Assembly (NCBI GenBank): GCA_963850305.1
Contig: CAWKKR010000001.1
Span: 128,001-192,000, forward strand
From: an uncultured delta proteobacterium
GTDB taxonomy: Bacteria > Myxococcota_A > Polyangia > Polyangiales > Polyangiaceae
Length of the DNA: 64,000 nt
Reading direction: 5' to 3'
Of this stretch, positions 42,361 through 52,353 are shown in pieces. The position numbers were made by a program, and so were the translations under genes. The first letter of the stretch is position 1. Every line of letters starts with the position of its first letter. The notes under the pieces are model-generated. The model ran no database searches and was not told the origin of the DNA. It saw only the letters and a program-made list of their open reading frames with translations.

Positions 42361-44604
42361 TCAACCGTCGGTTCGTCTACCCCCTCCCTTGGGCACCTTC
42401 GCCCATGGCAATGAGACTCGGGACAGGTACAGCGCCAGAATCGCGAATAAGCCCAGCGCACTTATCCAGAGCCCGCGCCGAACCGATCGCGGCTGGTAAG
42501 TGAAGCGAACGACATGGCGTCCCGGCGGGACCTCGACGGCGCGAAGAACGAAGTCGGCTGTGACCCATCTGGTCGGCTTGCCGTCCAACGTCGCGTACCA
42601 GCCCGGGTAGGCCGACTCGGAAACGACGAGGATCCCGGGCTTCGGTAGATCGACCTTGAACCCCACGCGCTCGGGGTCGTTTCCGATCTCGGCTCTGGCA
42701 ACGGTGACCGAGTCCTCGGTCCTGACCGGATAGTCGCGGGATAGTGGCTCTTCGATGACCACTTCCCGGTGCGGATCGAACTGGTCGCCGAGGACGTAAT
42801 CGAGTGCTTCCCTGCGAGAGTTGACGCGGTGGACCGAGTAGTTCACCCAAGCCTGACCGATGCGTCGCCGGTTCTGCATCACCGAAGTCGGTCGGACGTG
42901 CCGGACGCGTCGGTATCCGTGCGCGGCGAACAGCCGAGCGGCAGTGTCCGGAACGACGACGAGATTGACGTCCATGGCATCGAGAAATCCGGACGCTCGA
43001 ACCGTCGCCGGCCAGGTCATCGTGTCGTAGAGAACGAGCAGTCCGAGTCGATCCCCGATCTGCCGATACGCGTCCGGCAGAAAGCTGACCTCGACGCCGA
43101 ACGGACTAGGGATGGCGTCCGTGATTTCGTAGCCGTAGCGGAGATCGCTGAGCGAGATGGCGCGCCCCTCCGCGGCGCCGCGGTGCCCGAAGAGTCGATC
43201 CACTACGCCCGTCTTCGTGGGGCGTGCGAACGGCGCGGGGGTGGCTGCGAACGGCGCGGCCGCCAGGTGCGACAACACGGCGAGCAAACACGCGGCGAGC
43301 CAGGCCGTCCAGCGCACATGAGCGCGACAATCACGCACCGCAATACCGATGAGCGAGAGGCAGGCAGCGACGCCGAGCGCCGCAGAGAACCTGTTGTTCA
43401 CGTTGTACTTGAAACCCGAAAGTGAGTGAACGTGCGCCAGCAAGCGCCCGGCGTCGACGGATGCGGCGATGTAAGCCACGGTGAGCACCGCGCTGGCCGC
43501 GACGATCGCGGTGAGTGCGAGGCGCCGCTCGCTCCCTATCAGCTCGTTCTTCAGCAGCGCGTCGCAACCGATGGCCGCAGTCCAACCGGTGAAGAACATC
43601 AAAAGAAAGGCCCACGTGAACGGGAAGCGCGACATGCTGAAGAGAGGAAGCGCACCAATGACCTTCCAGCCGCCCTTCGCCAGAAACACACAGACGACCA
43701 GGTTCGCGACGGCCGGCCGCGCCCGCTTCAACGGGATGCCGATGGCGATGAACACCATCAGCGCCGGGATCATGCTCAAGAGTGGGGTGGGCAGGTCCGG
43801 CAGATCGATGGTATTCGACGCCGCTGCAAAATCCGTCCTTCGAGCGATGCTCGAGAGCTCGACGAGCGGAAGGAGTTGAGCAGCCGCAGCGATCGCGCCG
43901 AGCAGGAACGCCGCGCCCAGCAAGGGCACGGTCTTCCAGGGGGCGCCCTCCCATTCGCCGAAGGCGAAGCACGCGATGGCATGGACGCCGAGGAGCAGTC
44001 CTATGTCGACTGCGAGCATTGGATAGCCCGCCGTCAGCATGACGGCGACGACGAACGCCAGGCCAGCAAACGCCTTCCACCTGCCGCTTCCGAGACGATC
44101 CGCCAGCAAGAACATGAGCGGCATCCAGGCCAGGCTGCCGATGCGATTCGGATGGTAGTTCGATGTCAGAAGCAGCACGGAAAACGCCCAGACGGCAACC
44201 CCGACGAACGCTGGGACGCCGGTGATTCCCCGATTTCGCAAGAAGAGCAAGAAAGCGCCGGCGAGCGCCAGGTAGTGCACGACGAGAAACGTCCAATGCG
44301 CCGTCACGGGCGAAAGGAGGCCGTAAAGAAGGATCTTGGGCGGATAGAAGACAGCGGGCTGACCCGTCGCAAGAAACGGGATGCCGCCGAATTCGTACGG
44401 ATTCCACACGGGCAGCTGTCCGTGGAGCAGCCACCGCGATCCAGCGACGAACCGGGGCAGGAAATAGCTTTGATAGTCGTAGTCGGTCCAGACGCTACGC
44501 GCCCCCGCATGAACGAGACTCGGCTGGATGAGCACCAGAAAATATGCCGCGATGCAGAAAGCCGTAGCCAGGGGCGCGGCCACCGCGATCAGCTTCATCC
44601 GCAT
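42361..44604 (-). CDS. YfhO-like polytopic membrane glycosyltransferase (GT-C fold)
   Basis: LPVWNPYEFGGIPF..FYP; many TMs; C-terminal LVVSESAYPGW..LRAVEVPPGRHVVRFTYQP; start uncertain. Confidence 0.82.
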   Translation of the reverse strand: MRMKLIAVAAPLATAFCIAAYFLVLIQPSLVHAGARSVWTDYDYQSYFLPRFVAGSRWLLHGQLPVWNPYEFGGIPFLATGQPAVFYPPKILLYGLLSPVTAHWTFLVVHYLALAGAFLLFLRNRGITGVPAFVGVAVWAFSVLLLTSNYHPNRIGSLAWMPLMFLLADRLGSGRWKAFAGLAFVVAVMLTAGYPMLAVDIGLLLGVHAIACFAFGEWEGAPWKTVPLLGAAFLLGAIAAAAQLLPLVELSSIARRTDFAAASNTIDLPDLPTPLLSMIPALMVFIAIGIPLKRARPAVANLVVCVFLAKGGWKVIGALPLFSMSRFPFTWAFLLMFFTGWTAAIGCDALLKNELIGSERRLALTAIVAASAVLTVAYIAASVDAGRLLAHVHSLSGFKYNVNNRFSAALGVAACLSLIGIAVRDCRAHVRWTAWLAACLLAVLSHLAAAPFAATPAPFARPTKTGVVDRLFGHRGAAEGRAISLSDLRYGYEITDAIPSPFGVEVSFLPDAYRQIGDRLGLLVLYDTMTWPATVRASGFLDAMDVNLVVVPDTAARLFAAHGYRRVRHVRPTSVMQNRRRIGQAWVNYSVHRVNSRREALDYVLGDQFDPHREVVIEEPLSRDYPVRTEDSVTVARAEIGNDPERVGFKVDLPKPGILVVSESAYPGWYATLDGKPTRWVTADFVLRAVEVPPGRHVVRFTYQPRSVRRGLWISALGLFAILALYLSRVSLPWAKVPKGGGRRTDG

Positions 44605-44677
44605 GCGGTGGGAGAGTACACGACGGGACCCGTACATAGCGCTTCCACCCGACCAATTTTCGCGCGAAGGTCTGACC

Positions 44678-45541
44678 GTGAGCTCGCCGCAAGCTTCATG
44701 CAAGAACGCCGGTGAGCGTACGTACCTGTTCAGCGTCGATCTGGAAGACGTTCGCTCGCTCCTGTCGGACGGGTACAAGCTCCGAGAACGAGTTCCGCAC
44801 AACACGGAACGGTTTCTGCGATTCCTGGAACGACACGGCGCCCACTGCACGTTCTTCACGACCGGCGACGTGGCGCGGCGCTATCCGTCACTCGTCGGAG
44901 ACGTGGCTGCGGCGGGACACGAGGTCGCGTGTCACACGAGCGACCACACCGCACTCGACCAGCACGACCCGCAAAGTTTCAGATGTGACATCCTACGTTG
45001 CCAAGACGCGTTCGAGCGCGCCGGCGTCAAACGGGCCGTTGGCTTTCGGGCGCCGTACGGCTCGATGGTTCGAAGCACGACGTGGGCGTACGGCGTCTTG
45101 AAAGAGCTGGGGTTCGAATATTCCGCCTCGGTCCTCGCTGCTCGCAGCCCGCTGTACGGGTGGCCCGATTTCGGCCCAGATCGGCCGTGCTGGCAGCAAG
45201 GGCTGCTCGAGTTGCCCGTGACCCTCACCGGTATTCCAGGGCTGAACGTCCCACTCCTTGGCGGTATCTACTTTCGCCTGCTCCCTTTTCCGCTGGTGAG
45301 ATTCCTCTTCCGGAACCAGCTAGCTACCGGGGACCCTGCCGTCGGTTACCTGCATCCCTTCGACGTGGACTCGGAGGAGGATCGCTACGCATTCCCGGGC
45401 ATGAATCCTTTCTTCGGCTGGCTCATGTTCCAGAAGCGGGACGCTGTCTTCCCGAGGCTCGAGCGCCTTCTCGAGGATGGTGTCCGGGTGATGCCCTACG
45501 CCGAGTACGCGGCCAGCCACCGGACGGCCTTCCCGTCGTGA
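44678..45541 (+). CDS. Polysaccharide deacetylase family (DUF3473-type)
   Basis: SVDLED, TFF, GHEVACHTSDH, GFRAP, GGIYFRLLP, YLHPFDVD. Confidence 0.88.
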   Translation: MSSPQASCKNAGERTYLFSVDLEDVRSLLSDGYKLRERVPHNTERFLRFLERHGAHCTFFTTGDVARRYPSLVGDVAAAGHEVACHTSDHTALDQHDPQSFRCDILRCQDAFERAGVKRAVGFRAPYGSMVRSTTWAYGVLKELGFEYSASVLAARSPLYGWPDFGPDRPCWQQGLLELPVTLTGIPGLNVPLLGGIYFRLLPFPLVRFLFRNQLATGDPAVGYLHPFDVDSEEDRYAFPGMNPFFGWLMFQKRDAVFPRLERLLEDGVRVMPYAEYAASHRTAFPS

Positions 45542-46389
45542 TCGACATTCGTCCGATAGATTTGAGCCCCGAAGGGCTCGAGCGCACGTGCCGACTCTTG
45601 AACGTCGTGTTCCCGACGGCCAAGCACGTCACGCCGGCATACTTGCATCGCCTGTACAACGGGAACCCGCTCGGCCCTACGTTCGGCTTCGCCGCGTTCG
45701 ATAACGGCGACCTCGTCGGTCATTACTTGATGATCCCGATCGCGGCGAGAACGTTCGGCGAACCAGACCGTGGGATCTGGCCGTTTCAGCTCGCCACGCA
45801 TCCGGGATTTCGCGGCAAGGGACTCTTCACGGCCCTCGTCGAGCAGTCCTTCGGCGCCGCGCGAGCGCTGGGGTTCACGTTTTTCTCCGGCGTGGGCAAC
45901 GCGAACAGCACGCCGCTGTTCGTCGGCAAGTGGGGCTTCCAGCTCGTGTGCCCGCTCGACGTCAAACTCGGGGTCGGGCCGATTCCGGCGGAGCGTGCCA
46001 CGGTGAACCTCGACTTTGCGCGCACCTGGGATGAAGCAGGCATCCGCTGGCGTCTCCAACATCCCGCGCGCCCCTATCGCGTCAGCCATCGAGCCGGGCT
46101 CGGACACCTGTTCGCGCCGTCTGGAAGGCTGGGCATCTGGGTGGAAGTGGGCGTTTTCCCCGAGCACCTTCTGCCCCCGGATCTCCCGCGGCTCGTCACG
46201 GCGAGTCCGCTCCGGCTTTACATCGCTGCGGACAAGACTCGCGACTTCTCGCGGTCGGCGTACCTCGACGTCCCCATGCGCTTCCGGCCTTCTCCGCTGA
46301 ATCTCCTGTTTTACGACCTCACGGATCAGAAGCGACACTTCGATCCGAACCGGGTTCGCTACACTCTGTTCGATTTCGACGCCTACTGA
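45538..46389 (+). CDS. GNAT family N-acyltransferase
   Basis: GTGA overlap; NPLG, LVGHY, ATHPGFRGKGLF, NANS. Confidence 0.85.
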   Translation: MIDIRPIDLSPEGLERTCRLLNVVFPTAKHVTPAYLHRLYNGNPLGPTFGFAAFDNGDLVGHYLMIPIAARTFGEPDRGIWPFQLATHPGFRGKGLFTALVEQSFGAARALGFTFFSGVGNANSTPLFVGKWGFQLVCPLDVKLGVGPIPAERATVNLDFARTWDEAGIRWRLQHPARPYRVSHRAGLGHLFAPSGRLGIWVEVGVFPEHLLPPDLPRLVTASPLRLYIAADKTRDFSRSAYLDVPMRFRPSPLNLLFYDLTDQKRHFDPNRVRYTLFDFDAY

Positions 46390-46396
46390 GATCCCG

Positions 46397-47812
46397 ATGG
46401 CATTGATCACTCCCCAGCAATACCGCGAATCACTCCGGGACGGACGCAGGGTCTTCTACCGCGGCAAACGCGTCCCCGATGTTCTCGCGGAGCCGGAGCT
46501 ACGCGTCGGTGTCGAGCTCGCGGCGCTCGATTACCAGCTAGCGGAAGAGCCGGAGCATCGGTCGCTGGCCGTCGCGAGCGACCCGGACACGGGAGAAACC
46601 TTCAGCGCGTACTACCGGATCCCTCGATCCGCCGAAGACCTGCTCGCGCGGTCGAAGCTCATCGAGCTCGGAACCCGTCGCGGCTCGATGATTCCCCCTC
46701 TCATCAAGGAAATCGGCACCGATGCGCTCTTTGCGCTGTCGAGAGTGTTGGTCGGTGAACCTTTGTCACGAGCGCTCGCGTTCTATCGATACTGTCGTGA
46801 CGAAGACAGGGCCGTCGCCGTGGCGCAGACGGACGTGAAGGGAGATCGCTCGCTTTCGCCGCACGAGCAGGCCGATCCGGATCTCTATGTGCGCATCGTC
46901 GAAAGAAACGCGAAAGGCATCGTCGTCAGGGGTGCAAAAGCCCACACGTCCGCGAGCGCGAACGCTCACGAACTCATCGTGCTTCCGACGCGCGCGATGG
47001 GTCCGGAGGACGCCGACTATGCGGTGTCGTTCGCCGTTCCCATCGATACGGCGGGGCTCTCGCTCTATGTGTCACCGTTTTCCGCGGGCGCACGGAACGA
47101 CTTCGAGTTCCCGCTCTCGTCCCGCACGAAGATGCTCGAGTCCCTCACTGTATTCGAAGACGTCTTCGTCCCGTGGGACCGCGTCTTTCTGGCCGGCGAA
47201 GCGAAGATGGCGGGCGCCCTGGCGCTCGCGTTCGTGGACTATCACCGGTTCACGGCGGTCTCGTACAAGCTTCCGTTGCTCGATTTGATGATCGGTGCGG
47301 CCGCGTCGATCGTGCAGATGAACGGTGTCGGCAAAGCCGGGCACATCCGGGACAAACTCACGCAGCTCGTGATTTTCGGGGAGTCCGTCCGCGCACTGAC
47401 CGAAGCAAGCGCCCTTCGCCGCAAGATCGGCAAGGACGGCATCGCGTTTCCCGACCCCATGACCGTCAACATGGCGAAGTACACCTTCGCGAGCGGCTAT
47501 CACGAAGCCGTTGCCGTCCTCCAGGAATGTGCGGGCGGCCTGCTGGCCACGGGTCCCGGTGCGGAAGACTGGGAGTCGGAGGAGGTGCGCCCAGTGCTCG
47601 AAAAGTACCTTCGTGGCACCGTCCCCGCCAGCGACCGCCTCCGGATGATGCATCTCATATCCGACATCACTGCACGCGACTTTGCCGGCTACCACGCCGT
47701 ACTCGCCATCCACGCCGAGGGCTCGGTGGAGGCGGAGAAGATGCAGATCTTGCGATCATATGACCCCGCAAACGCGGTTGCGCTCGCTCGCGCGCTCGCG
47801 CGGCTCGACTGA
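46397..47812 (+). CDS. 4-hydroxyphenylacetate 3-hydroxylase / 4-hydroxybutyryl-CoA dehydratase superfamily flavoprotein
   Basis: YRESLRDGRRVF, AQTDVKGDR, GIVVRGAKAH, FEDVFVPWDRVF, HAEGS. Confidence 0.88.
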   Translation: MALITPQQYRESLRDGRRVFYRGKRVPDVLAEPELRVGVELAALDYQLAEEPEHRSLAVASDPDTGETFSAYYRIPRSAEDLLARSKLIELGTRRGSMIPPLIKEIGTDALFALSRVLVGEPLSRALAFYRYCRDEDRAVAVAQTDVKGDRSLSPHEQADPDLYVRIVERNAKGIVVRGAKAHTSASANAHELIVLPTRAMGPEDADYAVSFAVPIDTAGLSLYVSPFSAGARNDFEFPLSSRTKMLESLTVFEDVFVPWDRVFLAGEAKMAGALALAFVDYHRFTAVSYKLPLLDLMIGAAASIVQMNGVGKAGHIRDKLTQLVIFGESVRALTEASALRRKIGKDGIAFPDPMTVNMAKYTFASGYHEAVAVLQECAGGLLATGPGAEDWESEEVRPVLEKYLRGTVPASDRLRMMHLISDITARDFAGYHAVLAIHAEGSVEAEKMQILRSYDPANAVALARALARLD

Positions 47813-47848
47813 CCGCGCGCCGCTGACGCACGCCCATCACGCCGGCGG

Positions 47849-49681
47849 TCAGCGAACGCCCGCTGCTCCGCGACGCGGTCGCCCTCCCCCCGCAAGGCGA
47901 CGAAACACATGCCCCTTCCGATCGTAAGCCCAGGCGTGCAACGGGCGTCGATCCGCATCGACGAAGGCCCACGGGACCATGGCGACCCACTCGATCCGAC
48001 CGGTGTCCGAGACCACCTGGCTCGCCTGTCCGACGAAGCGCCGATCGTCACCAAACGCGAGGAGCACGGTACCCTCGGAGGCGTCCGCGAAGTCCGCGGA
48101 GCCGGCGAGCGCCGGCACCTCGCTACCGCTGAAAGGTTCCGTAGCCGTGCCTACGAGATCGACGCGACCGAGAGGCGGAGCCCCCGGCACGAAGGTGACG
48201 CCCTCGGCCTCCTTCCGGAATCCGGAACGCGCGAGGGCCGCTGCGCCGCCCGCCGGCATGAAGCACGTACTCCGGGCAGCGAAGTACGGCGCCAGTTCCA
48301 CGCAGTAATGGTCCCACTGGCCGTCGGCGCGCCGGGCGATCAAGCGAGGAAACGCATGAACGTAGTCCAAGCACAGGATCCCGATGCCAGCGACCGCCGC
48401 GCCACGACGAAGAACGTCCGAGCGAACGGCGCCCGGAAGCGGATGCTCCGCGAAGAACAGGGCTACGACGTGGACCGTCGCGACGGCGACCAGCGACGCG
48501 GTGGCCGAATAGGACGAAAGGTAGCAGCGCAACAGCGAGACTGCGTTGGAGTTGGACGCGACCCCCTCATGACGAGCAAAAGCCGTCGCGATCGCGAACG
48601 CCAGACCGAATCCACCCAGGCACAGGAATGGCATCGCAGTCGAACGCGAGCCTCTCGCTCTGACGAGCATGGATGCGGTCGCAAGAAAAAGAAGGAGGAC
48701 CAAGAGACCCGCCGGGAGAAACGCCGCCCCACCTAGGGCCGCGGGACCGTGCGACTCCGTGAAGAACCCGGCGGACATTCCGACGAGACTGAGCGCCATC
48801 TCGAACGGAGCGATGAGCTTCGAGGACGCAGCCGTGTGGACGCCCGCGAGTTCGGCCGGGCGCGCATGGATGATGAGTGCGGCGCAGATGCCGATGGAAA
48901 GCGAGCCCGCCACGCCCCACCCGATCCACGCGATCGCTTTGCGCTCCACGCGTTGAATCGCGAGGAGCAGCGCCGGCAGGAAAGCGATCCACGTAAACAT
49001 CCCCTCGAAGCGATTGAATGTGGCGAGCGTGCATCCCAAGACGGCAAAGCCGATGCGCGGCTTTCGCTTTGCGAGCGCCCAGACCACCGTTGCAATGCCG
49101 GCGTTTTCGAAATAGTGAAAAAACCCGATCGACCAAGTCCAGATCCAGTCTTGCGCCGGGGAAAATAAGAGACCCATGCTGAGCAACGCCACGAGCGCGC
49201 GGACTGCGCGATGCTCCGGCCCCGGCAAGGATTCTTCGAAGGCGCGGTGCAGCATCCAGGCCGTGTAAGTCGCGAGCGCGAAGCCAGCGAAGATCTCTGC
49301 TCGAAAGCTCCAGCCGGTGAACGTCGCGAGCGCCGCCAGGATAAGTTTCGTGAACGGCGCCACGTGGAGACCGTTGTGCGGTCCAAAGAGGTCGGAGAGG
49401 CGAACCGTACCCGACGAGAGGCGCGCCAGGATGGGCAGCAGCGTCCAGTGATCGAAAAGCGGCATCACCAAGCTGAAGCCCTGAACGAACCAGACGGCGA
49501 TACCGAGCGGCACGGCGCACAGGGCCCAACACATGACCGTCAATGCTCCCAGACTCGCACCTCGGCGGCTTACATCGCTCGCTCGCGCCCCGTCCCGAGC
49601 CGTGTCGGAGGGCTGAATCGCGAGTCCTTCGAATTGCCGACCCCGGCTATTCCCGAGCGCCATGGGTCTTGTGCGTGGCAA
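47849..49681 (-). CDS. Polytopic membrane protein, probable GT-C/glycan-modifying
   Basis: MPLFDHW..LFGPHN.LH, LLFSPAQ..W motifs; many TMs; start uncertain. Confidence 0.7.
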   Translation of the reverse strand: MPRTRPMALGNSRGRQFEGLAIQPSDTARDGARASDVSRRGASLGALTVMCWALCAVPLGIAVWFVQGFSLVMPLFDHWTLLPILARLSSGTVRLSDLFGPHNGLHVAPFTKLILAALATFTGWSFRAEIFAGFALATYTAWMLHRAFEESLPGPEHRAVRALVALLSMGLLFSPAQDWIWTWSIGFFHYFENAGIATVVWALAKRKPRIGFAVLGCTLATFNRFEGMFTWIAFLPALLLAIQRVERKAIAWIGWGVAGSLSIGICAALIIHARPAELAGVHTAASSKLIAPFEMALSLVGMSAGFFTESHGPAALGGAAFLPAGLLVLLLFLATASMLVRARGSRSTAMPFLCLGGFGLAFAIATAFARHEGVASNSNAVSLLRCYLSSYSATASLVAVATVHVVALFFAEHPLPGAVRSDVLRRGAAVAGIGILCLDYVHAFPRLIARRADGQWDHYCVELAPYFAARSTCFMPAGGAAALARSGFRKEAEGVTFVPGAPPLGRVDLVGTATEPFSGSEVPALAGSADFADASEGTVLLAFGDDRRFVGQASQVVSDTGRIEWVAMVPWAFVDADRRPLHAWAYDRKGHVFRRLAGGGRPRRGAAGVR

Positions 49682-50594
49682 CCGAGAGCATCATCGCGTC
49701 CCCAAAATTCAGGTACAGGTAACCGGGGAGTTTCTTTCGAGACAGCGTGGCGAGGGAGCGCCGGAATCGTCCGTTCGGAAGGCCAGCCGACAGTTTGAAG
49801 CCGATATTCGACGTGCTGACACGACGGCCCATGCGTCGGAGCGAGCTGTCGCCGGTGAACCCGGAACTGCGGACGAGGCGCTCGAGCCCGACTGCGGAGA
49901 AGTAGAAAAGATGCTGCGGTGGGTCGAGGAAATACCAGAGGGAGCCGAGCGCTCGCGCCCAGGGCGCCGCGAGGTCGCCGGTCTCCATGACGAGAAGTCC
50001 TCCCGGAGCCAAAAGCTCGCGCGCGCGGCGGATCACGGCAGCGGGGTCCCTCATATGCTCGATGACGTCGAACATCGCGATGACGTCGTAGTGCCCTTCC
50101 AGGGGCTGTTGCATGAAGTCGCCTCGAACGACGTTCACTCCCCACATTCGAGTCGCGGCCTCTGCACAGGCTTCCGAGATCTCGACTCCCGTGACGTCGA
50201 ACCCGCGATCCCTGGCCGCCGCCAGAAAGAAGCCGTAAGCGCATCCCACCTCGAGCAAGCGACGTCCCGGCGGTCTGCGAGATTCGATCCAGTCGACGCG
50301 CTCGCCGAAGTTTTCCAGGAGTAAACGCGAGTCCGCCAGATACGTCGGGTACCCGGTGCTGCACGCGCCCTCGAAATAACCTTGCGAGTACATCGCTTCC
50401 AGATCCTTCGGGATCTGAATGGGCGAAAGAAATGCATTCTTACACGTCCGGCACGCGAGGAGGTCATAGCCCCACTTCGTATGCCAGGGGTGCCCGACGC
50501 CACCGCAGAGGCCACACCTCTGCGCCGCGGTCGGTCGAGGCTCCGCACCTTCATAGGTCTGGTCGTCGAGGTTCCTCGAGTCAGGGGTTGTCAA
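49647..50594 (-). CDS. Class I SAM methyltransferase with N-terminal CxxC..CxxC
   Basis: CGLC..CRTC; LEVGCAYG; FDVIEHMRDP; PPQHLFYFS. Confidence 0.9.
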   Translation of the reverse strand: MTTPDSRNLDDQTYEGAEPRPTAAQRCGLCGGVGHPWHTKWGYDLLACRTCKNAFLSPIQIPKDLEAMYSQGYFEGACSTGYPTYLADSRLLLENFGERVDWIESRRPPGRRLLEVGCAYGFFLAAARDRGFDVTGVEISEACAEAATRMWGVNVVRGDFMQQPLEGHYDVIAMFDVIEHMRDPAAVIRRARELLAPGGLLVMETGDLAAPWARALGSLWYFLDPPQHLFYFSAVGLERLVRSSGFTGDSSLRRMGRRVSTSNIGFKLSAGLPNGRFRRSLATLSRKKLPGYLYLNFGDAMMLSVATHKTHGARE

Positions 50595-50958
50595 GGGCGG
50601 CTCCCGGGGACGCTTCGAGCCGCACGAAGTCGTGGCGAAGCAGCGCGAGCTCCTGCGCGAGAGAGAGATTCTTACGGATCAGCGACGACACGACCACACT
50701 CAGATAGAGCAACAAGGCGAAGCTCATGAATAACGCAACGATGACGAGAAACAGGGGTTCGTACAGGATGCCCAACCAGTGAGCCACAGCCGCCCACGGA
50801 GCTATCACGACGCCCACTATTGCCGGCGCGATGGCAACGACGAGCCATGGGACCCAAAGCACGTCCTGGATCCGACGTCGTCGAATCAGCTCCAGAATTG
50901 CCATCGTGGAAGCGAGCGAGCTCAAAACGGCGATTGCTTGGTAGATCTTGAATCCCAT
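50581..50958 (-). CDS. DUF2304 family membrane protein
   Basis: ELIRRRRI..WL..LGI..LAQELALL; follows GT2. Confidence 0.85.
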   Translation of the reverse strand: MGFKIYQAIAVLSSLASTMAILELIRRRRIQDVLWVPWLVVAIAPAIVGVVIAPWAAVAHWLGILYEPLFLVIVALFMSFALLLYLSVVVSSLIRKNLSLAQELALLRHDFVRLEASPGAALDNP

Positions 50959-51713
50959 CTCGATTTCCTTTCGATCAAGGGCGCGCGGGGTTGGACGCGA
51001 CCAACCAGTAGTGCGATCGTGACCTTGCACATGTAATAGAGTCCGTTCAGCAGGCTGATGGACGAGCTACCCGTGAGGCGGGGCCGCATTTCGACCGGAC
51101 ACTCGGCGATGACGCAGCCGCTGCGCTGGAGCCTGACCAGTGAATCGACCTCGGGATAGTCGGCGGAATACTGTTCGGCCAGCACAGACGCGGCTCGTCG
51201 ATTGGCGACCCAGAGGCCCGACGTCGGATCGGTGATGCGGAGACCGCAGACCATTCGCAGCAGGTACGAGAACCACCGAGCTCCGAGCCGGCGAATGGAT
51301 GTGCTCTGGTAACCTCGCCGTTCGAGAAACCTGGTGCCGAGGACGAAATCAGCCCCGCTGGACGCAATGCGGGACGATAGTGATGCGACGGCCCGCGGGT
51401 CGTGCTGACCATCTCCGTCCAATCGAACGATGAGTGAATATCCCTCGTTCAACCCGAAGCGGAGACCCACCTGAGCGCCGGCACCGATTCCACAGTTGAA
51501 CGGGAGGCTGATCACCGTCGCTCCAGCACGCTCGGCCACGTCCGCCGTTTCGTCGGTCGACCCGTCATCGATCACGAGTACATCCACGGGCGTGGCGAGC
51601 GACAGCGTTTCCGTCACGACGCGGCCGACGTTTCCCGCTTCGTTGAAAGCCAGTATAATGGCAAGGAGCGGTTCGTGAGTACTCGCAGGCCCGAGCCCGA
51701 TAGGACGGCTCAC
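50922..51713 (-). CDS. Glycosyltransferase family 2 (polyprenol-phosphate sugar synthase-like)
   Basis: AFNEA, VIDDGSTD, DGDGQHDP, TDPTSG, R..GSSSI. Confidence 0.92.
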   Translation of the reverse strand: MSRPIGLGPASTHEPLLAIILAFNEAGNVGRVVTETLSLATPVDVLVIDDGSTDETADVAERAGATVISLPFNCGIGAGAQVGLRFGLNEGYSLIVRLDGDGQHDPRAVASLSSRIASSGADFVLGTRFLERRGYQSTSIRRLGARWFSYLLRMVCGLRITDPTSGLWVANRRAASVLAEQYSADYPEVDSLVRLQRSGCVIAECPVEMRPRLTGSSSISLLNGLYYMCKVTIALLVGRVQPRAPLIERKSRWDSRSTKQSPF

Positions 51714-51930
51714 GCTGGCAACCTTCCAGCGGCGCTCACTGGATGAGCACGGAATCCGAGACCGTTCACATCGGAGAAGACGCCGGTAAGCGAGACAGGA
51801 TGCACGACGAAGGACTCTGTGTGCCCAGGAAGCGGGCTGCGGCGGGAAGGATGACCGCTAGTCGATGTTTCTAGCACTTCCTGCGGTAGATTGAACCTGC
51901 GGCAAGGAACGCGTCGCGAGGCCTTCGGCG

Positions 51931-52353
51931 TCAACGCTCGACATCCGTGCCGACGATGAGTTCGGTCGCGACTTCCCTCGTCGTCGTCCGGCAGGTCGCA
52001 GGGGCCCCTTCCGCCGGACTGCAGAGTGTTGCGCGGGCGTTCAACGTCACGTTCCCCTTCCCCTGCGCCGTCGCGATCAGGGCGACCGGGATCCGTACGC
52101 GCCGGTCCGTTCGCGACTGGGCGTCGGCGAGGCCAACACGCGAGCGAAGAGGCGGGGCGAACGGCGGCGCCGCCATGACGACCACGTCCGCCCACGCGAT
52201 CCGCCCCGAGGCAACCTCGAGCTCCACGTCGCATATGACGCGCCCTTTCGTTGCCCGGCGTTCACATGATGCGGTCACATCGAGGCTCGGCGTAGCACTG
52301 GCGGACGCCGTCACGGCCACGAGCAATGCGGCAGCGGCGATCCGAACGTTCAC
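51931..52353 (-). CDS. Hypothetical secreted Cys-containing beta protein
   Basis: Signal peptide ASA, four Cys; GTGA overlap with upstream gene. Confidence 0.65.
   Translation of the reverse strand: MNVRIAAAALLVAVTASASATPSLDVTASCERRATKGRVICDVELEVASGRIAWADVVVMAAPPFAPPLRSRVGLADAQSRTDRRVRIPVALIATAQGKGNVTLNARATLCSPAEGAPATCRTTTREVATELIVGTDVER

Noticed and set aside
50922..50985. Additional GATC-adjacent frameshift at the GT2 3' end (TTGATC would give an earlier stop)
   Set aside because: The 37-nt overlap with the DUF2304 gene is tolerable; no independent evidence.
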